Shown here piece after piece: positions 15,749 through 25,271 of a stretch of DNA of 64,000 bases. The stretch covers positions 62,001 through 126,000 of the IMG/VR virus record IMGVR_UViG_3300050132_000038; one strand, given 5' to 3'. A program made the translations under genes and the position numbers. The notes beneath the pieces are model-generated. The model was not told where the DNA came from and searched no databases. It saw only the letters and a list, made by a program, of their open reading frames with translations. Position 1 is the stretch's first letter, and each line of letters starts with the position of its first letter.

Positions 15749-18292
15749 TTACGCTGCTTTACGTTTAATGAGGGCCTTCTTAACGGCTACCACTTTCTTT
15801 ACGGGAGCTTCCTCGGCGTCATTGCCCGTAGAACTGGAAGGTAAGCCTAGCATGTCTCTTCGGTACTGAACATTATCGTCCATCAACTTTACAAAATCCA
15901 CCTTATCATCGGATTCGATAGCTTTGATACGTATCACCTTACGAGTCTCTGGATTCATTGCGAGGATCCGCATGAGATTTGCGTCTAGCTCACCCCACCC
16001 TTTAATATGATTTACAAGGACCGTGGAGGGGGCTTTGAACTTCAGCAGTTTCTTCTGCGTCTCGGATACAGTGTCTCCTGTAATCAACTGCCCTTTGTGA
16101 ACTGCATAGAACTCAGGGGCATTTGACACGTACACCATACCCTTCTTGAATAGTTCGGGTAGGTAACGGTAGAATAGGGTTAGCAGCAGACTATTGATGT
16201 GACAGTTACTGGAGACGATACCAGAAGGTAGAATGAAGTTATGATAACGCGGGACCGTCAAACAGTAAACAGGTACAGGCTCCTTCAACTTCTGAATCCG
16301 CATCTTCGACACAGGGGCAAACCCAAGGCCGGTCAGCTTGTCACAGCTCGAGGGATTGCGTGACTTGTTGGACGAGGGAAGGAATACCCGATCGCCAATC
16401 TTCAAGTCCTCTGATGCAACATACACCAGATTATCGAAGTTTGTCGGCTGAGTACGACGACCATACATTGCATTGGTGACCAAACACATCCACTTATGCG
16501 ACATATCCACTTTGTACTTGGTACCTCCGATCTCCAAGGCAACGAGCGTGTCCACATTCTTAACTAGCTCTGCTGTTGCAGGTGCCCATGTCTCTTTAGC
16601 GCCAGTCCACACCGGAACTTCGAAGATGGGAGCTGCTACAGAGTACGGGCCACCGCGGTCTACGGCAGTAAGTTCGTAAATCTCCCGCTCATACTCTGAA
16701 CCATTTATACGAACTCGAATTTTGGTGTCACGCACAAACGGGCCGTCTGGGTCCGGGTCGGCCAAGCAGATGATCTTACCGATAGTCAGCTTCGAGTAGG
16801 GATCACTTGCTTTCACGTCGTAGCCAATTGCTGCCAGAATGTTAATCACTTCCTCTGACTCTAATGCCTTGCCCTTATTATCCTTTAAGCTGTTGAGAAT
16901 TTTCCCGCGAAGTGGAAGCACCCCTTGATATGGAAAACGAGCCTCCTTGGTCGTGCCCCCGGCACTGTCTCCCTCTACTAAGAACAGCTCCCGGTCCTGC
17001 GGTTTAGTCCGACTGTCGAATGCGGCATACTTTGCGGGTAGCCCATTGCGCTTTACCGCGTTGAGCTTGCCTGCTGCCTTCTTCGACATTGTGAACTTGG
17101 TCTTCAACTCATTCATCTGCGTAGCGCGGTCTGCAATGCGCTGAGCCAATGCCTTGTTCTCTTTGAAGAACTTCGTTGTCGCAAGCGTGAGGGCCGTTTC
17201 AAAGTCCTTACCCACTCGATCGTCAGTCAGCTTTGCCTTATCCTGGGAACTGAACTGTGCCTTGTGCAACTTTGCATTCACGAGGCCCACCAAACCTTCC
17301 TTCAAGTCGGCCTCACGGAATACCGGAACCTGCTTGCCGTCCACCTTCTTCGTTTTGATGAATGGCTTCAAGCCTGCATACAGAGCACCCGTTACTGAAT
17401 CAACGTGCTTACCGCCCTGCCCGTTGTTCAAACCATTAGTGAAGCCTCGCACATCACAGCCATCATAGTTTGAGAATGCGACAACCACATCAGCAAGGCT
17501 TGAGCTGTTCTCAAACATCTGACGCTCGCCCTCAGTCTTTAGCTTCAGCATACGCTGGGCTACGTACTCCGTCGGACCCTTCTTCGACAGAAATTGTTTT
17601 GCACCCTTTGCGCTACTTATAGTGATGGAGAACCCAGGGTTGAGGTATGACATAATCTCAGCCCACTCTACCGCCATTGATGCAGGAAATGACTTGGCTG
17701 AGAAGATGGTGGAGTCAGGCTTGAAATGGATCACCGTACCAGATGTAGGGCGCTTACCATTCCACAGCTTAGGTGCTGTCTTAGCCGCAGCAACAGGGGA
17801 CGTAAGTTTACCTTTCTTGAAACCAATCGTGTGCCATTTGCCTTTGAAGAAGGTACACGCGTCGAAGAAGTCAGCCGTGGCATTCGTGCCCTTCGCGCCT
17901 ACGCCGTGCGTGCCCACTGAAATCTTGTAAGCGTCATCACGATATTTGCCTGACGTATGCAATTCCCCGAACACTGCTTGCATAGTGGACATGGTGAAAA
18001 TCTTTTCACCGCTTCCCGTAGTTGCTTCCCACTTCTTAATGCCCTGCGGAATGCCGTGTCCATTGTCCGTCACCCAGTACGAACCGTCTGAGTCAACATG
18101 GAGATGCACCGAGTCGTTACGCCCAGCCAAGTGCTCGTCCAGTCCATTGTCGAGGAGCTCTCGGGCGCAAAGCCATACCCCGGAGGCATCCACACTGCCA
18201 AGATACATAGAGGGGTTTCGGCGGATTGATTCCGGGAATCGTAATGTCTCGATGTGACTGCTATCGTACTCTGCTACCTTCTTGGTTGCCAT
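15749..18292 (-). CDS. gyrB: Type IIA topoisomerase subunit B (GyrB/ParE-like) with intein
   Basis: ELLDNGLDE, DNGHGIP, GTHGVG, LFLVEGDSAGG, PLRGKILN, ADPDPDG...HINSLLLTLF. Confidence 0.95.
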   Translation of the reverse strand: MATKKVAEYDSSHIETLRFPESIRRNPSMYLGSVDASGVWLCARELLDNGLDEHLAGRNDSVHLHVDSDGSYWVTDNGHGIPQGIKKWEATTGSGEKIFTMSTMQAVFGELHTSGKYRDDAYKISVGTHGVGAKGTNATADFFDACTFFKGKWHTIGFKKGKLTSPVAAAKTAPKLWNGKRPTSGTVIHFKPDSTIFSAKSFPASMAVEWAEIMSYLNPGFSITISSAKGAKQFLSKKGPTEYVAQRMLKLKTEGERQMFENSSSLADVVVAFSNYDGCDVRGFTNGLNNGQGGKHVDSVTGALYAGLKPFIKTKKVDGKQVPVFREADLKEGLVGLVNAKLHKAQFSSQDKAKLTDDRVGKDFETALTLATTKFFKENKALAQRIADRATQMNELKTKFTMSKKAAGKLNAVKRNGLPAKYAAFDSRTKPQDRELFLVEGDSAGGTTKEARFPYQGVLPLRGKILNSLKDNKGKALESEEVINILAAIGYDVKASDPYSKLTIGKIICLADPDPDGPFVRDTKIRVRINGSEYEREIYELTAVDRGGPYSVAAPIFEVPVWTGAKETWAPATAELVKNVDTLVALEIGGTKYKVDMSHKWMCLVTNAMYGRRTQPTNFDNLVYVASEDLKIGDRVFLPSSNKSRNPSSCDKLTGLGFAPVSKMRIQKLKEPVPVYCLTVPRYHNFILPSGIVSSNCHINSLLLTLFYRYLPELFKKGMVYVSNAPEFYAVHKGQLITGDTVSETQKKLLKFKAPSTVLVNHIKGWGELDANLMRILAMNPETRKVIRIKAIESDDKVDFVKLMDDNVQYRRDMLGLPSSSTGNDAEEAPVKKVVAVKKALIKRKAA
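16205..16741 (-). mobile_element. 179-aa class 3 mini-intein in GyrB
   Basis: Insert PFVRDTKI...SHKW...VYCLTV...HNFILPSGIVSSN followed by +1 Cys; removing it restores DPDG-CHINSLLL. Confidence 0.88.
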
Positions 18293-18294
18293 TC

Positions 18295-19071
18295 TTATTC
18301 TGCCGGGTTATCAAAATTATGTTGATCGAAGTTTGGGATGGACATGAGTGCTGCAATCAATGGCTTGACCGTTGAGAGCTCTGTGTATGTACACCGGGTG
18401 CTATGTAACGGCTTGTAGACACCGCCCTGGGATACCTCAATCAAGAGATGCACATACCCAATGCGATGTTCCTTGCCACGCTCTTGAGACATAGGCGGAG
18501 GTGCCACACTGACCGTCTTCGATTTATAATTGTCGAAGGTGAATGTCAATCGGGTGAACCCGAGCTTCAAACGAATCGGGGTCAATTCCTCAGGATCTTG
18601 CTCTAATTCTATGACTGGCAACTTCTCTGAGTCCAACCAATAGTTTACATTGAGCCGCATACGGGTTTTCACTTGCGACAGCTCGAACGTAAATCCATAG
18701 CCCCAGCGGGTGAAGAACTTCTCCAACACTGCTTGCAGCTTGGGTATCGTTTCCGTAGCCTCAGCGAATGACTCAGGCTTCACCGCGTCGAACCGCATGG
18801 ACGTCGCTTGAATGTCACAGCGCCTATTGTCTTTGCGTAACCACGATGCACCAACCTTATCGAGGAAGGGTTCAAGTATAGTTGTCTTGAAGTTTACTTC
18901 CTTGGCCCTGATCTTGTTCTTGACCATGAGACCAAGGGTGGGGATGAAGTCTTGATGAATTCTTAGTAAGGGGACGCCCGCTTTTCTTAGGGCTAGATAG
19001 GACTCAGTGTTAGCCGGTATGTACCATTGTTTGATTTTGGTTAGCTGAATTTCTTTGACAGGAGCTTTCAT
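18295..19071 (-). CDS. Hypothetical protein
   Basis: 258-aa ORF coupled to gyrB. Confidence 0.75.
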   Translation of the reverse strand: MKAPVKEIQLTKIKQWYIPANTESYLALRKAGVPLLRIHQDFIPTLGLMVKNKIRAKEVNFKTTILEPFLDKVGASWLRKDNRRCDIQATSMRFDAVKPESFAEATETIPKLQAVLEKFFTRWGYGFTFELSQVKTRMRLNVNYWLDSEKLPVIELEQDPEELTPIRLKLGFTRLTFTFDNYKSKTVSVAPPPMSQERGKEHRIGYVHLLIEVSQGGVYKPLHSTRCTYTELSTVKPLIAALMSIPNFDQHNFDNPAE

Positions 19072-19400
19072 TGCTCTATGATCTCCGAGGGATTTTCTAA
19101 CGCTGCGTAGAATCGCTCTTGGAATGCGGGACTCTGCTTTGCAACAGTAGCCAGGATGCGTGCCTCCGCCTCTGCGTCTCTTGAGTTGCGGGCTTGCAGT
19201 ACGTGCTGGGCGTATCGGTATGCCTTACCGACTACGACTATTTGAATCTCTGCAGCAGGGCAATGCTGGTTGCCCTTGGTGTAATGACAGTTGGTGAACT
19301 TCTTTGTTGCTTGTGCATCTAGATACTTACATTCTTTGCACTGATTCGAGTACAGTGCTACGAATTCTTTCTCTGTGCTTCTAATTTTGTTTTTGTCCAC
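19068..19400 (-). CDS. Cys-cluster hypothetical protein
   Basis: CKEC...CH...HCP. Confidence 0.7.
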   Translation of the reverse strand: MDKNKIRSTEKEFVALYSNQCKECKYLDAQATKKFTNCHYTKGNQHCPAAEIQIVVVGKAYRYAQHVLQARNSRDAEAEARILATVAKQSPAFQERFYAALENPSEIIEQ

Positions 19401-19430
19401 TTCGCTCTTCCATGTGAGAAAAACGCAAAT

Positions 19431-19456
19431 AGGCCCAGGGATTTCTCCCCAGGCCC
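19431..19456 (-). terminator. Hairpin with GAAA loop
   Basis: GGGCCTGGGGA-GAAA-TCCCTGGGCCT followed by a T-rich tail on the - strand. Confidence 0.65.
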
Positions 19457-19470
19457 GTAGTCACTACATA

Positions 19471-20331
19471 TTAGAACAGTGCATCTTCATCGTCGTCTTC
19501 TGCTTCGTCGTCTTCATCATCTTCCTCTTCCGACTCGTCATCTTCGTCGTCTTCTTCCGACTCGTCATCTTCGTCGTCTTCTTCCGACTCGTCGTCTTCT
19601 TCTTCCTCTTCTTCTTCCTCGACTACCTTCTTAGCCTTACCGCGCTTCTTCGGTGCCGGCTCTTCCTCTTCCTCTTCCTCTTCTTCGTCGTCCTCTTCTT
19701 CCTCTTCTTCCTCGGCTTCATCATCTTCCGACTCGTCGTCAGCTTCGTCTTCCTCGTCAGCTTCGTCTTCTTCGGATTCGTCGTCAGCCTCTTCTTCGGC
19801 TTCGGCTTCGACTGCACCACCGAACGGGTTGATACTACTGATGAACACTGCTGCCGGGTCCAACACGCCAACCGCACCCTGGTCCGTCACGTACACAGTC
19901 TTGCCGCGCACTTCCTTGACTTCCTGGATGATACCGATTGCAACCAATGCCTCATGCACAATCGTTGTGCCCACAACAGCCTTCACCGTAGCCATCGGGA
20001 TAATCGAACCGTCTGCGCCAAAGTATGCTGCTGCCGTCGGCTTGTTACCACCAGCTTCGGTCTGCACGGTCATCTTGATGAACACCTGTGCGCCAATCGG
20101 ACTTGCTGCTTCGGCTGCTGCCGCGGCTTCCGCCTCTTCCTTCGCTGCTAGGCGCGCTGCTTTCTTTGCGGCCAGTGCTTCCTTCTTCGCTGCTGCTTCT
20201 TTCGCTGCGATACGTGCTGCTTTCTTTTCTGCGAGTGCCATTGCTTTTGCCTTTGCTGCGTTTACCGGAACCTTCTTTGCTGCAACAGTCTTAGCCGCAA
20301 CCTTACCTGCTACTTTCTTTTGAATCGCCAT
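19471..20331 (-). CDS. Protein with Lys/Ala-rich N-terminus and about 85-aa poly-acidic tail
   Basis: KKVAGKVAAK...; C-terminal E/D tracts interrupted by one KKRGKAKK patch. Confidence 0.8.
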   Translation of the reverse strand: MAIQKKVAGKVAAKTVAAKKVPVNAAKAKAMALAEKKAARIAAKEAAAKKEALAAKKAARLAAKEEAEAAAAAEAASPIGAQVFIKMTVQTEAGGNKPTAAAYFGADGSIIPMATVKAVVGTTIVHEALVAIGIIQEVKEVRGKTVYVTDQGAVGVLDPAAVFISSINPFGGAVEAEAEEEADDESEEDEADEEDEADDESEDDEAEEEEEEEDDEEEEEEEEEPAPKKRGKAKKVVEEEEEEEEDDESEEDDEDDESEEDDEDDESEEEDDEDDEAEDDDEDALF

Positions 20332-20470
20332 GTTTGATAACTTCCTAGGATGTTGGAAAAATTCCAGTGTTGCGCGAGCACCGGAAACTCGTTTACTTAT
20401 ACAACGTATTTACAAGAGAACTTTAAAAGTGAAAATGCTGAACTACGTATTGCATATTTACAGTCTGAAT

Positions 20471-21277
20471 TTATTCTTCGTCTGCGTCAGCTTCAACCTT
20501 CTTGCCTCGCACCTTTTTCGGGGGCATGAGGACAGTCTTGAATGCTGCCGGGAGGATACGCGAGGCTTTACGGAATGCACGATACACCGGATCATTCTTC
20601 TCCAGGTCAACTGCGGACATGCGACCAGTCTTCGCCGACTTCACGCCCTGGGCAATCGACTTCACAATAACCGAGATCGAACCATCCGCTGCTTTACGAT
20701 TGATACGCAAAAGAAGCTTGAAGCTCGTGTTAGCCGGGAGGCGCATTGCTGCACGATGCACCAGACGCGTTTTCTTTTCGCCGTCAGTTGCCGTGAACTT
20801 CTCCGTTGTCATACGCTCTTTCAAGTCAGCCGGGTACTTCTTGTCATTCGTTGCCTTGAACGTGACTGCCGAGAAACGCGACATGATACCGATCATCGTC
20901 ACGGGGTCGTAACCCATCAGATCAAACTTCTTCTTGTCGTCAGCGTTCGGATCATATCGACCTACATAACGAGTGGCCTTGATTTGCGAACCCAGGAGGC
21001 CGTCCTTCTCAGTACGCAGCGATACTTCCAAGAAGTGCGGCTTGAAGTCTGCAGGTGCTTCAAACGTCGGCAGTGCATTCTTCTTTGCTTTGGCCTTCGG
21101 CTTAGCCGTACCGTTTGCGCGAGCGATACGCGCCTTCTCCAGCGGCGTCATATCCTTGGTTGCCTTCGCAGGTGCCTTCGTGGACTTCACCATCGTGCCA
21201 ACCTTCTTGATCGGGATAACCTTTGCCTTGGTTTTAACGGGTGCCTTTGCTGCTACTTTCTTAGTTGCGATTGCCAT
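20471..21277 (-). CDS. Basic DNA-binding-like protein with histone-like N-terminus
   Basis: K/A/P-rich first 70 aa, then a basic globular region. Confidence 0.8.
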   Translation of the reverse strand: MAIATKKVAAKAPVKTKAKVIPIKKVGTMVKSTKAPAKATKDMTPLEKARIARANGTAKPKAKAKKNALPTFEAPADFKPHFLEVSLRTEKDGLLGSQIKATRYVGRYDPNADDKKKFDLMGYDPVTMIGIMSRFSAVTFKATNDKKYPADLKERMTTEKFTATDGEKKTRLVHRAAMRLPANTSFKLLLRINRKAADGSISVIVKSIAQGVKSAKTGRMSAVDLEKNDPVYRAFRKASRILPAAFKTVLMPPKKVRGKKVEADADEE

Positions 21278-21405
21278 TTGATGCTCCGGGTTTGGTGAGT
21301 CTTGAAATTGGGTGTGTGGCTCTTTGCTGCATATCAGTGAAGCTACCTACTCGATGAATCTAAATTCCCCTTGCTGCCACTTATATTGAATTCGTATTTA
21401 CAGGG

Positions 21406-21699
21406 CTACCAGCAGATTAAAAATTCTACCTCGCGGCGTCCATCTTTGCCAGGGACTGAAACAAATTCGTCTTCGTACTTGAATTCTTCGTACTTGAATC
21501 CGGCACTCCTCAATCCCTGAACGACCGCAGTGAACTCTGCGTCATTAAGAAACTCGATGTACTCAAGCTCGCGTCCAGTAGACGCGTGGGCTCGGATCTG
21601 TGTATCCAGCCTAGACAGAATCCGGGCTATACGTTCTTCCTGAGATTCATCTTCATTAGAGCGATGGTGCAGATCAGTTGCTTCTTGTGCGGTAATCAT
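21406..21699 (-). CDS. Hypothetical protein
   Basis: Packed ORF. Confidence 0.65.
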   Translation of the reverse strand: MITAQEATDLHHRSNEDESQEERIARILSRLDTQIRAHASTGRELEYIEFLNDAEFTAVVQGLRSAGFKYEEFKYEDEFVSVPGKDGRREVEFLICW

Positions 21700-21722
21700 C
21701 TGCTATTTCCTTTAGCTGGTTA

Positions 21723-22394
21723 TCAAAGGTCTGCAAGCTCTCGCTGCAATTCAACAATCGACGCCCTGAGGCGCTGCTCGGCGTACTCTGCTGCCTTCTT
21801 CGGTTTACCTAACACATGCTGCCTCACGATTTGAAACTCGGCCGTGTTTTGCAAAAGATTCAGGGAAAGCCTGGGGCGCTCCTTTTCCTGTTCACAATAA
21901 TCAACAGATTCCTGGGAACTCCTCCAGAACAGACTGTCCCGTGTAAGGATTATATACAGTTCTTGCAAAAATGTATAGTCTTTTAACCGATATGCCGTTA
22001 AAACTTGCTGAAATAACTCGTTTGACCCCCCTCTGTCAGGGTGAACCAGGGGGGCAAGCATTCGATACGCGGTTTTCAACAGGTGGGCTTGGGCATTATA
22101 AAGCTGCTCCGTGCCATTCGGTATGAAGCCTGCTGCCGTTATCGAATCCTGGGCAATCGTTGCGGGGGTTCCCTTAGTGTTGATTCGGATTTCATACCGC
22201 AGATGCTTAACCAGCTTGGTTAGTCCTTCGTGCTCTGCATAATACAAATTGCAAACTGTCAGAACCTGCTGATATAGCTTCTTGAACTTTTGACGTTCCT
22301 TTTCAACTTGAGACCACAGGACGGTGTATCGATGAACGTTACCTAAGTCAATCACCGCCTTATCGGAACATACTAACGCGGTACACTTACTCAC
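21723..22394 (-). CDS. J-domain-containing protein (start uncertain)
   Basis: AYRMLAPLVHPDRGGSNELFQQVLTAY, HPD motif. Confidence 0.75.
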   Translation of the reverse strand: MSKCTALVCSDKAVIDLGNVHRYTVLWSQVEKERQKFKKLYQQVLTVCNLYYAEHEGLTKLVKHLRYEIRINTKGTPATIAQDSITAAGFIPNGTEQLYNAQAHLLKTAYRMLAPLVHPDRGGSNELFQQVLTAYRLKDYTFLQELYIILTRDSLFWRSSQESVDYCEQEKERPRLSLNLLQNTAEFQIVRQHVLGKPKKAAEYAEQRLRASIVELQRELADL

Positions 22395-22668
22395 GCTCGT
22401 TCTCCCCCTTCTTAAATCCACACCAGTTACAGCGGGTACAGCCAGGAGGATGGACACACGGCCTCTCGTTCTCCTCCTTCTCCAAGAGTTCCGCGTACTC
22501 CGTGAAGTCTATCTCGTCCTGTGCAAACTTTCTAAAAGCGGGATCAAACGGCCTCATACCTTGTTTGAACTGTGATGCATCGAGGGCAATAAGCAGTGCT
22601 TCACTGCTCGTCATTGCGCCGAACTTACCACGATAGCGATTGATTCGCATCAAGTCGAACTTAGTCAT
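22387..22668 (-). CDS. Hypothetical protein with C-terminal Cys motif
   Basis: CVHPPGCTRCNWCG. Confidence 0.6.
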   Translation of the reverse strand: MTKFDLMRINRYRGKFGAMTSSEALLIALDASQFKQGMRPFDPAFRKFAQDEIDFTEYAELLEKEENERPCVHPPGCTRCNWCGFKKGENERE

Positions 22669-22951
22669 AGTAACCCTGCGCCTCATGCGTCATTGCAACC
22701 GGATCAGCCCACGCGCCTTTACCAGTTGGTTGAATTGCGGAAATCCTTATATGAGTGGTATACATCGTCGGCTCGTCATTCAGAAACACAATGAAGCCGC
22801 GACGTACATCTGCGGGGTTACTCACCCACTGCTGTTCCTTCTCAGAATACACAATGCGGCAGATGTGTGTATGTTCGTCTGCGGAAACCACGGTGTCACC
22901 CTCTTGAACTGCAACCAGCGTGCCGACTGGCGGGATCATATACTTGTTCAT
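22661..22951 (-). CDS. Hypothetical protein
   Basis: Packed ORF. Confidence 0.65.
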   Translation of the reverse strand: MNKYMIPPVGTLVAVQEGDTVVSADEHTHICRIVYSEKEQQWVSNPADVRRGFIVFLNDEPTMYTTHIRISAIQPTGKGAWADPVAMTHEAQGYYD

Positions 22952-23274
22952 GCTGATTGTCCTTGCAAGAATTGATCTGGGGTAGAGAAAGAAAACAGGG
23001 AGCGCAAACCACCTTCCTGCGGACGTGCTTTCCGAACATTATTCGGGACGTTGAGTTCTACCCATTGTTCGGCTGCTGCTTGCGTAGGGAAGGGCTCGAT
23101 CGCCGCATACGTTTTAATCGCGGTTCCAAATTCATTCTGCACCGTAACCTTGCGAGTTGCAGAGCGCACGGGTATCCACTTGGATTGTCCAGGGCTACGG
23201 ATCAACACGATGAAATGAGGGGCGCGGTATTCAATAGCGACTGCGGGGAGATGTGATTTGTTTGTGTTGAACAT
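22948..23274 (-). CDS. Hypothetical protein
   Basis: Packed ORF; TGTAAATA upstream at 23321-23328. Confidence 0.65.
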   Translation of the reverse strand: MFNTNKSHLPAVAIEYRAPHFIVLIRSPGQSKWIPVRSATRKVTVQNEFGTAIKTYAAIEPFPTQAAAEQWVELNVPNNVRKARPQEGGLRSLFSFSTPDQFLQGQSA

Positions 23275-23331
23275 TTTCGTGTGTTCCTTATATCATTGAA
23301 AATTTAAATTGTGAAACTTGTATTTACAGTG

Positions 23332-23688
23332 CTAATAAGTGTAGCCCTTCGGTTTCTTGATTGCGCCTTCGATATAGGCGGTCTCCACACGCTCAAGTCG
23401 GAGTTCAAGCACTACTACCCAACCATCGCCCTGAGTCTTCTTGTTACACAGGCCAAGTGCTGAGTGCTTCATCACGTTAGGGGACAGCCCACCATCAGAG
23501 AACACACGATCAGGACCGTTAATAATGCTGTTCAGCTCAGTCCGCATACGCCGATGATCTTCTTCGCTGTCTGAATACTGCTCGGCGCTCCGGAGATGAT
23601 TTGACCAGTAAGGATAACCACCACTCTGTGAATCAATGGCGAGGTACTGATACGTTTTGTTGTCAAGAGTACAGGCAATGACTTTCAT
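23332..23688 (-). CDS. Hypothetical protein
   Basis: ORF with RBS. Confidence 0.7.
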   Translation of the reverse strand: MKVIACTLDNKTYQYLAIDSQSGGYPYWSNHLRSAEQYSDSEEDHRRMRTELNSIINGPDRVFSDGGLSPNVMKHSALGLCNKKTQGDGWVVVLELRLERVETAYIEGAIKKPKGYTY

Positions 23689-23738
23689 TTGGTTTTCCTT
23701 TAGTTTAATTTAACGTGCGAAACGCTGAGCGAGGGCTT

Positions 23739-23966
23739 TTAGAAAAAGTGGATGTGTTGTTCTGGACCTTCTTTAGGCTTGAAAACGATTGCGGTCCCTT
23801 CGGCCTGCTTAGACATGATTAGTTGATAGACAGCTAAGGCACGACGTACGACTTCCGACAGGCTCTCGATGCCGTGGGCGTCACGCAAAGCCTCGATCTT
23901 CTCTTTGACCTCAACAGGCATATCGAGGTTTAGGCGAACCTTAGGAAGCTTCTTCTCCGGGCGCAT
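23739..23966 (-). CDS. Ribbon-helix-helix (CopG/Arc-like) DNA-binding protein
   Basis: VRLNLDMPVEVKEKIEALRDAHGIESLSEVVRRALAVY. Confidence 0.8.
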   Translation of the reverse strand: MRPEKKLPKVRLNLDMPVEVKEKIEALRDAHGIESLSEVVRRALAVYQLIMSKQAEGTAIVFKPKEGPEQHIHFF

Positions 23967-23977
23967 GATTTATTCCT

Positions 23978-24424
23978 TTACAGTGGTGTCGTGAACTTCA
24001 GCTTATACTTACGTGCAACCCTCGCAAACTCTTTAATCCAGTAAGCCCGGACTCGGTTTCGATAGTCTTGGTTCTTTGGACCTTGCTCTAAATTCCCCTT
24101 GTGGGGAGCACCGTCGTGTGCATCTTGCAAGCTCTGTATTACATTCTCATGGGTCTTTAGTGCATTGAAGTAATCAACATGCCTGGCGTGGTAAGCGCGG
24201 CCGTCGCGTATCACGTCCTGGGATAGAACGTTCTCCATTCTCCAGTGGTAGATAGAGTCAGGAATAACACAACCAAAAGCGCACATAAGGCCTCCGTTGC
24301 CACGGTACGCACAATTACCATCGCCATCTACTGATGGCTCGCCTTGCTTAAACAAGAAGGTCGTGATGTAGTCGAACAGCTCTTGTTTTGTAGTGTTAGC
24401 AGTCAGTTCAGTAATCATAGTCAT
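23978..24424 (-). CDS. Hypothetical phage protein
   Basis: CAYRG...MCAFGCVIPD...LQDAHD. Confidence 0.75.
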   Translation of the reverse strand: MTMITELTANTTKQELFDYITTFLFKQGEPSVDGDGNCAYRGNGGLMCAFGCVIPDSIYHWRMENVLSQDVIRDGRAYHARHVDYFNALKTHENVIQSLQDAHDGAPHKGNLEQGPKNQDYRNRVRAYWIKEFARVARKYKLKFTTPL

Positions 24425-24433
24425 CCCTTTAGT

Positions 24434-24880
24434 TTAGCGTGCGAAACGCTGAGCGAGGGCTGCGAGCTTATCAGCAGCTGCAGGAACTTTGTATGCTTCA
24501 TCAATCGTCTGGAGAGTGCTCGACTGTGAAGTACGAATAAGGTATTGATTGTCGATGTACGCCGTGACTTTCACTTCCGGGTTTGCCCGTAACATCAGCA
24601 GCCGCAACTCCTGAACACGCTGAGCGTCGTACTCACGATACCACTTGCGAATAATCGACGTCGCAAGCTTCAACTTCTCTGAAGCACGGAACGTGTTAGA
24701 GGCATTGAGACGATACCAGCCCATCGAGCGGTAGAACATACGAACACCATGCGGGAATGCCACTCGGCCATTCAGCTCTTCGACGTGCATGAAGGCGCGC
24801 AAGCTTAATTCTTCGTCTTTGGTGAGACGCAGAGTAACGTGAGCAACTTCGTCGTTTTGGAAGTGGGGGAACATTTGCAT
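24434..24880 (-). CDS. Hypothetical protein
   Basis: ORF with RBS. Confidence 0.7.
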   Translation of the reverse strand: MQMFPHFQNDEVAHVTLRLTKDEELSLRAFMHVEELNGRVAFPHGVRMFYRSMGWYRLNASNTFRASEKLKLATSIIRKWYREYDAQRVQELRLLMLRANPEVKVTAYIDNQYLIRTSQSSTLQTIDEAYKVPAAADKLAALAQRFAR

Positions 24881-24926
24881 TTTTGAATCTCCGTTTCTTA
24901 GGGAGTTTGAAATCGGTGATACTAGT

Positions 24927-25232
24927 TTACCGGCAGAACTCAGAGAGGAAATCCGACAGCTTCATACCCATACTACGGTTGCGGCTTGAGTCAAAACCAA
25001 TGCCCTTACTATTAAGGTACGCTTGCAGTGCAAGGCCGTTAGCATCATCCGTGACACCGTGACAGCTCATCATCTTGATGTATATGTCGTCTTCATAACC
25101 ATCACACTCAAGAACCATAGTGGATCCGTGATCCGGGGTCAGTCCCGGTAATGCCAGAATTGCGGCGTCTGCTTTATCCAGAATAGCAGCCTGTTCAGAG
25201 TCATCGAGTGCGTAGAATTGAGCGATGTTCAT
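24927..25232 (-). CDS. Hypothetical protein
   Basis: ORF with RBS. Confidence 0.7.
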   Translation of the reverse strand: MNIAQFYALDDSEQAAILDKADAAILALPGLTPDHGSTMVLECDGYEDDIYIKMMSCHGVTDDANGLALQAYLNSKGIGFDSSRNRSMGMKLSDFLSEFCR

Positions 25233-25271
25233 TTGAGAATTCCTTTTCGTTAGGGATAATCAGTTTAAAAC

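Larger units (their letters stand above)
23714..24461. repeat. 24-nt direct repeats flanking a two-gene cassette
   Basis: cgtgcgaaacgctgagcgagggct at 23714-23737 and 24438-24461. Confidence 0.85.
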
